Shown here piece by piece: positions 26,236 to 37,308 of a stretch of DNA of 64,000 nucleotides (its first letter is position 1; every line of letters starts with the position of its first letter). Below the pieces are notes generated by a model. It saw only the letters and a list, made by a program, of their open reading frames with translations. It made no database searches and had not been told where the DNA came from. The translations under genes were made by a program, and so were the position numbers. The DNA comes from Heterodontus francisci (taxonomy: Eukaryota): assembly GCF_036365525.1 (NCBI RefSeq), contig NC_090385.1, positions 48,885,130-48,949,129 of the forward strand, in the 5' to 3' direction.

Positions 26236-28434
26236 TTTAGTGCAATAAACCTGGAACTCCCTATGTAGAATGTCGGTTCTCTGTATAGACTCATACCGTG
26301 CATTGTATGATGTGGTTTGGTTCAGGATCCTTGCATGCTTTGTCACACTAGAGAAATTAAAAACAAGGAAAATTATACTAGAATCAGCAAAGCTACAGAT
26401 CTTTATGATGTTGAATAAGTGTGTGCATGAAACTATATGGCCATAGTATGCAGTTTCATAACATGGAAACTACTGCTCACTTGTACCAAAGCATGGTTGC
26501 ATGTTGGAAGTATAATCCCAGCTACAAGTTTGCACTATGCAAAATATTATAACTTTAGTTAGATAATGGAATGGTTTACAGTATAAATAAATGGGAAGTA
26601 GTTTGGTCCATCTGCATAAATGAATAGTACAGTAGTTCTATGTATTTCAGGATTTAGGCAGCCATAGACAGGAACAGTTGGATTTGGGCAGTAAAGAGGG
26701 TTTGTCTGAGGCATTGTTGGGTTGGGTCACTGCTCTTGGGCAGCTGAATGGTGTGCTTCCATTTTGTGTTTGGCATCAGCTTCCTGTGCAAATGTGTGTT
26801 CTGGATTTAACTAGGTGGACTTTTGTAGATTATCAAAAAGGGGGCACAGACTGCTTGTCCTACTATGGCTACTGAAAATCTGGGGTTAATAAAATTACTG
26901 TAAAATTATGCACAACTATGCCATCAATGTATTTTGCTACAAATATGTTTAAAAATATAAAATACTATGTGAAATGGTAAACTGGTGTACAATGTTTAAG
27001 TATTTTCAAAAGTGTTTAAATATTGATTATTAATTGCTAATTGTTTGACTTTTCCTGTTTGGAGTTGTAATAATTCTTGTCATGAAATAAATTAAAATCA
27101 AGGGGATACGTGTTTATCCAGTGTCAACTGTAGTCATTTATGTATCATTTTGAACAGTTTAAGCTCACAAGCGTTTAAATGTTACTTCATCAAAAGCTCA
27201 CAACGAGATAGCAATTTAATTGTGGTTTATTGGATATTGGATTTTGTACTGAACTTATAAATCTTGGTGCAAGTTATCTTTGGCTGATAAGGTCGTAATA
27301 GATGTACGACAAAATGTAAGTTAACAACCTAACCCTAATGAAAAACCACTGTATGAAAAGATTAGCTGAGGGAAAGATTATAGACTGCTTGAGAGGCAAT
27401 ACTTGCTGTGGTAAGCTTGCAAAACCCTTGAAAATAACATTGATTGAATGCAAGCTTGAAAATTCCAGGAATGCTGACACTAGTAGTGACCTATGTGTGG
27501 GTACCTGAGGTCTTTCTCTATTGTATTGATACTAGTCATTATACCTCTGAACTTTCTTTCCTTATTTCTCTAAGCTTCAAATATGCTCTTCTACACACTT
27601 GCTCATCCCTGCATCACCACTGTGTTTAAATCTAGGTGGATTTTGATTTTTTTGGACCTTAAGACTGTGGAGCTCCTTAAATCCTCAGTCTACCCTTCCT
27701 TCTGCAACCTAAAGACTTTTAAAATTTAAATGCATACTTCTAACCACTACCTTGAGTAATCTTGTGTTTAATCTTACTCTATAATCATGATGGTTTCCTA
27801 TATTTTACCACAGGCGTTAGCCTTTCACATAGATTTATCAATTAGAAAAAACAAGCTTGCAAAACAGTTGTAACATATCACTAACTAATGGCGGAAAATT
27901 TGCTGCAAGGACTGTGTGTTGCAAACATGCTGCAAGCTTCTATAAACTTGTTTTCTTCAAAATCACAGCCAATTTACACTATCATGTACTGTTTAAATAT
28001 TGGCAGGTATTGACATTGTATACTTTAAAGTTATAATTTTTCAAACTGGAGTTACAAATGCTTTTCCATGTTTGTTGACTTACTAGCACATTCTATCTGT
28101 TATGTACAAATGAAAAACGTTTTATGCAATGACAGCACTGTGTTTCTTTGAGTAGCTGACACTGTCCTTTAGGACAAGGATTCCTATGTGTGTGCCAATA
28201 TTTGCAGGGAGGCCCCCATGCAGTAAAGTTTCAAAACCCCAGATTTTTTGGCAGCCTGCCCAGCAGTGTTCATTTTTATATTATCTAGTAGTGTGTATAT
28301 TTATAAAATATAAATGTATTCTAACTGAAAAGTAAGATACAAATCTTAACATTTAGCTAGTCTTTTCTTGATTTAATCCCTTTTTATGCTAATTCATTTT
28401 TTGATATATTTTGATTTTTCACCAAACCACTAGA

Positions 28435-28660
28435 TAATTTCACTTTACTCAGAGAGTGGTGAGAATGTGGAACTCACTACCACATGGAGTGGTTAAAGCA
28501 AATAGCATAGATGCATTTAAGAGGATGTTAGGTAATTACATGAGAGAAAGAAATAGAAGGATATACTGATAGGGTAAGATGAAGTAATGTGGGTGGAGCA
28601 TAAACACCTGGATAGACCTGTTGGGCTGATTGGCCTGTTTCTTGCTGTAAATTCTATGTA
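28435..28660 (+). mobile_element. CR1 3' tail
   Basis: FTQRVVRMWNSLP followed by the CR1 tail gggctgattggcctgttt. Confidence 0.8.
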
Positions 28661-29415
28661 CCTTGTAGATGAAGTGCTTCATAAATTGGATCTTCTTTAT
28701 CCCTGATTTTTTTCACATTTTATAATGAGTTGTACTGTTCTCTATGTTGCTACTGGAGTGCACTTGGTACTTATTAGTCATCTGGTAAGGTGTCAAAACC
28801 ACTCTTACCAGTTATCTAATGACCACCAAGTAATTATCTCTCTTGCAGGAGAGGTGAGTGTATCTGAACTGGTATTCTAATACCTGAAGTTTGCAGTCTG
28901 TAGTACTGTAGGACATTGTTGATGGTTGACTGACAGCCTGTCTCACTAAGAAGACATGGAGGAGTAGACATGGCACTAGGAACCGAGATTCTACCAAAAT
29001 AACTCTTGATTATCCTGAAAAGAAATGTTCTAATGTTAAGGCAGTTCTAGCTATAGAGGCTTACCAGTGCTCTCTTTCAGTGCTGGTAAGTTTTAGTATA
29101 TTAAACTCCAACAGTTCACACTTGAACTGGGACCAACATATGCCTAAACTATCTGGACTTAAGTAAGTGGGAGTTGTTTACATGGTGAAAGAATACGCAT
29201 TGCATATTGGCCAAGCAGAACCTCTAGTTTTATGGATTTCTAAGAAACTAGGGCGACAATTTTAACATAACCCACCCAGTAGGAATGGGCAAATTTGGGC
29301 GAGAAACAGATTTTACACCTTGCCTGATTGACCTCATCTGGTTGAGACGCCAGTGCACAAATGACATAACTGCAAGGTGTCATATTTCTCTCTTTCTCTA
29401 AGTCAGCGATAGTTT

Positions 29416-29699
29416 TAGATTAGATTAGATTAGAGATACAGCACTGAAACAGGCCCTTCGGCCCACCGAGTCTGTGCCGAACATCAACCACCCATTTATA
29501 CTAATCCTACACTAATCCCATATTCCTACCAAACATCCCCACCTGTCCCTATATTTCCCTACCACCTACACTAGTGACAATTTATAATGGCCAATTTACC
29601 TATCAACCTGCAAGTCTTTTGGCTTGTGGGAGGAAACCGGAGCACCCGGAGAAAACCCACGCAGACACAGGGAGAACTTGCAAACTCCACACAGGCAGT
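29416..29699 (-). mobile_element. HE1-like V-SINE, 5'-truncated
   Basis: (TAATC)n tail; near-identical to 41515-41800. Confidence 0.9.
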
Positions 29700-30759
29700 T
29701 ATATTGGAATTCTGGTTTTTTCATACCAATACAATAATTCTTGGGTCAATCTTAAAATTTACATATAATTATCTTATTAAAAATCCTTGTCTACATGCAC
29801 TGACACTATATGCAACCAAACTTCCTGTTAACAAGTTTTAACAAACACTTGGATCAATCTTTTCCATTTTAAATTTCTATGTGTAGATTTATGTTAGAAA
29901 CTGCCTATGTTAACTTGTAACATTGTAAACCACCATTGGAGTAGTGATGTAGCACCTCAGTTTTGTGTCTCCTACCTCCTCAGCATGTATTGCAACACCT
30001 GTGCTCTAAACAACACTACCTCTCTGCCTCCCAGGTTGCCAGAAGTTTTATTATTTAACTGTAAATAGAGTCAAATTAAAGTATTATGCAGAAATAAGTC
30101 AGAACGTATGGCTCTAAACAGGGTGTACATGAAATTAAATGTGTGCCCTTGTCCAGTTATCCCCTGCCATTTAATTCAGCTTCACCTGAAGACTATGCTT
30201 GCTCTTCAGCTCTTCGGTGCAATGCAATGGGAGATCATCTAGTACATTTTAAAACAGTTTAATTTGACACCCAACCATGCTCCATACATCACACTCAACT
30301 ACTGTCTGCCCGTCTGCTTCTACCTGATCCGGTGTCTGACAAGTCCCAATCAAGTTGTGTACTTTTTGACATTTTATGGTTGACTACTGTGTAATTTGTT
30401 TCTATAAATTGGTGAACCACATTTGTTTTCAGCTTATTAATTGTTGTTTATATTGGGACGATCACAGTTTGAAATAAAATATGTTACTTCAACTGGTTAA
30501 TGAAAATATTAAAGTCATTTGCTGGAACGAGCCATTTGTGCTCTCAATTTCTGATGAATGGCGAATTCAACAGTTCAACTTTGCAAGGCTTTTAGATCAA
30601 ATTATGCCTACATTGTAACTATGAAGACAAATGGTTCCACAAAGCTCTCATTCAACTTCATGCATCAGTATTTGTTCAATCCTTTCCCTAGTTTATTGTG
30701 TTGCTTTTCCCAGTCAGCTTTTAGGAGTCAGCTGTTGCCTCTGCTTCAAAAGATTGTGT

Positions 30760-31885
30760 GTTCCAGTCCCAATCCAGAATTCAAGCACATAAATCAAGAC
30801 TGACATTTCAGTGCAGTACTGAGGGTGTGCTGCACTGTTAGAGGTGTTATCTCTCGGATGAGGGGCTGAATTTTACGATGGTGACGTGCATCCTACGCGG
30901 ATGCGTCGTTCCTGAGCACATTTAAATGGAGGGGGCGGAATGGCTGCCCCCAATGATGTAGAGGGAGTGGCCGCTGCGTCCTAGGCAATGGCGTCCGGTG
31001 CCACTGCACAGGCACAGTGCCATTTTTAAAGGACTTCAAGCCCTTCAGTTACATTTACATTTTTAAAGGTCCCGCTTTGATAAAAAATTTCAAAAGAAGT
31101 TTAATTTAACTTTGAATCCCCTCTCCCACCTCCCCCCCCCCACTGAGTACTCAATAAATAAATGGACCTACCCCCCAAAAAAACACTTTTTGATATTCTG
31201 AACTCCTCCCCCACGCCCCCCCACCCCCCCCAATGAATTTCAGCAGCTTTGGCCCTCAACCCCTTCCCACCATCCCCACAACCAATGGGAATAGTTTTTC
31301 CCGCTGCCCCTGCCCCACCACCCTGATAATTTCAGTCCTTGCCCCTCCCACCAGTGCCTCACCTTGGAACTCCGAATGGAGTTCCGAAGGCGAGCGAGTT
31401 GTGGCCGACGCCCATAATATCGGCATGGGATGGCCGCTGGGAGCAGGTAAGGTAATTAGCATCTTGTTTTAATTTATTTAAATATGTAAAATGTGGTGGG
31501 GCCTTCTCGGCATCGGGGGTGGTGGCAGGCCTCTCCCACAGGTATTTTACAGGCCCTCCCCACCACGACACCCCGATGTCGAGCAGCTGGTAAAATTCAG
31601 CCCGAAATGTTAAACCGAGGCCTTGTCCTCTCTCAGGTGGATGTGAAAGATCCTATGGCATTATTTCAAAGAAGAATAATGGAGCCAATGTTTATTCCTC
31701 AATCAACGTTATAAAAACACATTATCACATTGCTGTTTGCGGAAGCTTGCTGTGCGTAAGGTGGCTGCCGTGCTTCCTACATTACAACAGTGCTTTACTC
31801 TTCAAACATATTTCATTGGCTGTAAAGCACTTTGAGATATCCTCAGGTTGTGAAAAGTACTATCTCGATGAAAGTCTTTCATTTT
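30760..31885 (+). mobile_element. Deu-domain SINE split by a MITE
   Basis: gtgcagtactgagggtgtgctgcactgt...cggatgag | MITE | gaaatgttaaaccgagg...aaagatcctatggca. Confidence 0.8.
30863..31603. mobile_element. MITE (Harbinger-type) with perfect 14-bp TIRs
   Basis: GGGCTGAATTTTAC (30863-30876) and GTAAAATTCAGCCC (31590-31603); 3-bp flanks GAG/GAA. Confidence 0.88.
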
Positions 31886-33884
31886 TATTTTTTTGTAAAA
31901 TATTTCTTAATAGTGCTAGGTTTCAATTGTTTTGTCATTGTAGAGTGGAAATTAAGAACAGGTTAAGCTTGATGCATTCAAGAGATGAGAGCTGTATATT
32001 TGGACAACCAGTAGAAGTTGAATCCACCTGGACCTACTGAAAAGTATTTTTTATTTCTTTAAAGCATCCCACTTACCAAGGAGGCCACTCTGGGAAGTAA
32101 TCTTCTGTGTCTGTGGGTATCCTGACAACCCCCAGCCATTTGAGCGGATAGGCTGGTGGGCGCTTGAGTTGTGCCTCTAGTACAATAGGAACCTGCCATT
32201 CCCATGGGAATTAGTGGACCCCTCCTCCCCCCCCTCCCACTCACCCCATGACCCTACAAATTTTGGTGGGGTCAGTGGCAGAGGTCCCAAGTGTGTGCAT
32301 CTCAAAAGCTATGCTGGGTTTTGCCCCACCTTCCCCTACGCACAAGGATCTTCAAGGCCAAAGTGTCCTCTATATATTCTGTATAATTCTTGCTGAGTGA
32401 CTGGTTCCTTGTGCAGACAAATTTTCTGTCTCATAGTCAGGGATACTTTCTGCTTCTGGTTTCAGCTGCCTGTCTTTTCCTGCATGGCCCTTTTGCAGTG
32501 TAAAGTTGAATATGTTAAAATCCCATCTTATGAACATTATTTAATGAAACTCTCTGCACCACTCCTGCCTTGTAGAGGGAATGACTATGTCAGGAGTGGT
32601 CGGGAAATTACACAAACATGCAGTGCTTAAAGAGCTCACTAGATTTGATCACTTATAAAGAAATATTTGCCTCTGGGAATAAAATAATATTGGAGACTTT
32701 TCTAAGGCTCAAAATGCTCTTGACACATTTTCAGCCTTTGCAAAGGCTTTATGGGTAAAGGGGAGATGGCTGAAAAAGTAAGGACAGAAAAAACAATGTA
32801 CAATGATGTAATTGTCTTGAGAAGGTAGCAAGGTGGCACTGCTCTCACCTTCCTGTTTGACGGCTTTCAAATGGATGTGAGGTGGGTGTAAGATAGATAC
32901 TCATGTTTGGAATTCCAGAGGACCTTCGCCAGAGGAATGACAGTATACCATGCCTGACAAGAAGTGACAGCTAGACTCAACACTTCTACAGTAGTTGCTA
33001 GACATGGAAACAAATTGAGAAGAAGGCAGCATACTTTAAGGGATCTGACTAGGCAAGACAATTGAACAATATTACATGTACCAGCTGGATGACTTAAGAT
33101 TCCATGCCAGAGTGTTTTACTTTTAAACCTGTTTCATAATTAATTATCTCGTCAACCTTGCACAACTTTACAGCTCTGTCATTTTGCTTCATACATACCC
33201 ATATCTCAGCATGGCAGATCGTCAAGCTTTTCCACAATCACATTTCCAAGTGCTTCACACATCAAATCATTATAACACAATCTACTTGCAGGATGAATGG
33301 TCACTTATTGACACACAGGTGTGGTGCTATTGGAGCTGCTTGATTTTAACTTCCATCAGCCTGATTTCAGCTATGGGGATTTAAAATCCCCCTCTTTTGG
33401 TTCATAGAATACCTCAGTGGTGATATGTGTCATGATGCATCTCATAGTAAATGTTGTCTGACTTTCCTTTGTTCATTCTGTGCTGCTGTTCCCCCTCCAT
33501 GATAACAGCATGGAGGAGCATATCAACAGGGAATGCCATATTTGTTCCTGAGAAACCCTGACTATAGGTAGGAGTTTGGTGGTGGTGGAGTAGGGGGGGC
33601 GGAGAGGGGGTGGGGAGTGGAGGGGAGGAAATGGGGACGGGGACTGAAATTCTGTTGGTGGTCTGACTGTGAAAAACAGTCAGATGTCAGTGCAAGTTTT
33701 GTTGGCAGAATAGCAACACAAAAAACTTTAAGAGGTGTTTCCAGCTTCAGAAATCAGTATTCAAAGATCTCTAGACGCTTCTGTGTTTCTCCTGCATCAG
33801 TTGTTTCTGGAAGCTACTTTACCACAAGTGTATGAGAACGTTCATCCCTGGAAACTTGGAGTTGCTACTTTTTCAGACTGCAGG

Positions 33885-34932
33885 ATGATAGACAGTGTTG
33901 TTCCCCAAAAGTCAATGATGGGACCACTGCTATTTTTGCAATATATAAAGAGTTGGATCTTGGAATACATAGCAGAATCTCAAAATTTGCTTTTGACATC
34001 AAACTTGGAAGTGTGGCAAACAGTGTGGATGATATGAACTGCCTGCAACAGGACATAGATAGGCTAGCAGAATGAGCAGACAGGTGGCAGATGTAATTTA
34101 ATACTGACAAATGTGAGGTGATGCATTTTGGCAGAAGGAATAGGGAGAGGCAATGTATACTTACTAGCACAGTTCTAAAGAGTGTGCAGGAACAGAGGAA
34201 CATGGGGGAATCGGGGGGGGGGGTGGGGGTGGTGGCGGTGGTGGCGGGTGGAGAGGTGCGGGGCGGTGCAAGTGCATCGATTTTTGAAGGTGGCAGGACA
34301 TATTGAGAGAGTGGTTGGGAAAGCATATGGGGTCTTGGACTTCATAAATAGAGGCATTGAGTACAAAAGCAGGGAAGTTATGCTGAACCTTTATAAATCT
34401 CTGGTTAGGCCCCAGCTGGACGATTGCATCCAGTTCTGGTCATCACACTATAGGAAGGATGTGAGAGTCCTTGAGAGGGTGCAGAGGAGATTTAGCAGAA
34501 TGGTTCCAGGGATGGGGGATTTTAGTTACAAGGTTAGGTTGGAAAAGCTGGGGTTGTTCTCCTTAGAACAAAGGAGATTAAGGGAGGATTTAATAGAAGT
34601 GTACAAGATTATGACAGGCTTAGGTAAATTAGACAGGGAAAAACTGTTCTGTACAGGGAATATGGGACAAAGATTGAAGTTTCTGGGCAAGAGATGCAGG
34701 GGGAATATGAGGAAGAACTTATTTTATGTAGTGGGTGGTAATGACCACAAGGGTGGTGGAAGCAATGAAAATCAATGACTTCAAAAGGAAATTAGATGGC
34801 CACTTGAAGGAAATAGACTTGCAGGGCTACAGGGATCGAGCAGGTGAGTGGGACTGACCAGATAGCTCCGTAGAGAGCCAGTATGGACTTGATGGGCTGA
34901 ATGGCCTCCTTCTGTGCCACAATGGCTCTATG
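33885..34932 (+). mobile_element. CR1 LINE 3' portion
   Basis: LYKSLVRPQLDDCIQFWS, LEQRRLREDLIEVYKIM and a CR1 tail. Confidence 0.9.
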
Positions 34933-35162
34933 ACCATTAGTTCATGCTTTGATATTAGTAAATAAAGACAGAGGAGAATCAAAGGAATATCTGGGGAGGG
35001 TCCAAAAAGTACGAGGAAACTTTGAGGGGAGCATTTTAAAAGCTGAAATTAGGTGGAATTGGCGTCCACTTGAATTTCTTTGCAAAAAATTTCCTGTACT
35101 GTTTTTATATGGTAATTATGCTGAAACCAAGAAGGAATTTCATTCATGGACAGCTTGCCAAA

Positions 35163-35483
35163 GATGGCGTAGTTGTTAGCACCGCAGCCTCACAGCTCCA
35201 GCGACCCGGGTTCAGTTCTGGGTACTGCCTGTGCAGAGTTTGCAAGCTCTCCCTGTGACTGCGTGGGTTTCCGCCGGGTGCTCGGGTTTCCTCCCACAGC
35301 CAAGGACTTGCAGATGTTTAGGTAAATTGGCCATTGTAAATTGCCCCTAGTGGTGGTAGGGGAATGGTGGGGATGTGGTATGGAATATGGGGTTAATGTA
35401 GGATTAGTATAAATGGGTAGTTGTTGGTCGGCACAGACTCGGTGGGCCAAAGGGCCTGTTTCAGTGCTGTATTTCTAAATAAA
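35163..35483 (+). mobile_element. HE1-like V-SINE
   Basis: tRNA-like head, V-domain and gggcctgtttcagtgctgta tail. Confidence 0.9.
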
Positions 35484-35554
35484 TTTCATAATTGAATCAG
35501 AATTAAACTTGCATTAGGCTTTTTATGAGGTATAAATCTTTGTTCCAAAATGTA

Positions 35555-37308
35555 TTTATTCAGCAGTTCAATCCAAACAAATCCAGAAAACATTGAGGTA
35601 GAAATTCACCTTGGATTGTAGTGCAAAACAAGCAGCATCATATCGCCCATCTGTTATACCACCTGCTCGGTATTCAATTCTATTAACTGCAATGGAAGTG
35701 AATATTGGACGCGCCAATGAGATAATGCTTGTTTTCTGTTACCATCCAGGACGAATTTGTACCCCATTAACTTTCCAAATGTATCAGGTGAAATTTACCG
35801 GTATACTTATTTTTAATGGGATACATTTGGTTACATTTCCTGTAGGAATGGGGATGGCTCAACTGAACTTGATATCAGAGGAGTGAATGGGAAGGAGTTT
35901 GATACATTAGTAGTTTCTACAGTCGGGGAGAAAAGAGAAAGAGTCATTGGGATTCAGTACAGTGAAAATGAATAGCAAGGAGTTTGAGTCATTGGAATTT
36001 TATACAATGGGACTGAATGACTGCAGACAGGAACAGAATTATGCTTGGCTTAATTATATGTTTATCTGGCATTAACCAAACAATGCTGAAATGCCAGCAC
36101 TGTAGCAGATAGAAAAGAGTTTCATAGTAGCAACCTATCTGCTACAATATTAGCAACTTCCTTGTGTGTGGGTGATCACAGTAGCTTCTTAGTGCCTTTG
36201 GCATAACTCCTTTAAATGTGTTACTTATGAAATACAATAAAACTTGTGTGAATTGCCTTTTCTTGAGAGCAAAACAAAGGTATATGACTCATGACTGTTA
36301 GTGTTGGGCCTTTTTTTGATTTTCCTATCAAGATTCATGCTCTCAAAGTTGTATTGTCATTAAAGTTGCAGACCTCTATCAATAATATTGAGCTTTCATT
36401 GTAATAATATTCATACTTTTGTAACAAAGTCATATGCAGCACTTATGTTATGTGCATTTTTCTATCATATAGCTGTGGCAAAAAATGATCTATGAATTTC
36501 TACTACTAAATATTATGTCAAATGAAAAAAGTTCACAGAACATTTCCATTCACAACATACTCTTAAATAAATTACTTTAAATATTTCTCATTATTTTGAT
36601 GAGGAAATAATTCTGCAATCCAGTAGAGTTAACAAGACTTGAGGGAATGCTAAATCTTTCATGTGAAAGCCTCAACATTTGAGTGACGGAATCTCTAACT
36701 ATAACTAGATTTCTATAGGCAACATGGAATGTGAGTTCTCTATCAGGTGCGAATCATTTTATTCCATATATAGTAAAAAAGTAAATGAAAATGGAAATAA
36801 AATCAGAATCTACAATTTACTAAGAAGTGAAAATGTTTTGATTAACTTGCCTTTGCCCTGTAACCCTGGCTTAAACAGACTTTTGGGCTTTTGTAGTTCT
36901 ACACAAACCAACAAACTCCTCTTACATCTACCTCAAGACACATTTCTTCTCTTCCTACCATTCCTTCTCTCTTCTACTCCTGAACTGGCTGGTTCCCTTC
37001 TTTTGTTGAAGTATCTGAATTCAGTAATAATTCTGATATAGGATAGGGAATCGAGTAGCTTGGGGTCAAAAATGAAAAACAAAGTTGTCCTGTAAGCAGT
37101 AAGATGGAATAGACAGGCTTAGTTGGGTTAGGAGACAGACTTACTGCGTACATTCAGGATAACAAGGACAGATAATGTGGGAATAAAGCAGGAGGGAAAC
37201 AGATAAGATACTGTTTGTGTAAACGACTACTAAGCACAGGACACTGGAGTGTGTTCAGACAGTTTTTTGTAATTTGTACACAAATGATAGGTGCATAGCT
37301 TCATGAAG
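35555..37308 (-). other. FRMPD3: Probable FRMPD3 3'UTR
   Basis: Largely TE-free AT-rich sequence after the stop codon. Candidate AATAAA on the minus strand at 36758-36763 and 35555-35560. The true end is unknown. Confidence 0.4.
35597..35764. mobile_element. Small foldback MITE
   Basis: Arms ccttggattgtagtgcaaaacaagcagcatc and gataatgcttgttttctgttaccatccagg are imperfect reverse complements. Confidence 0.6.
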
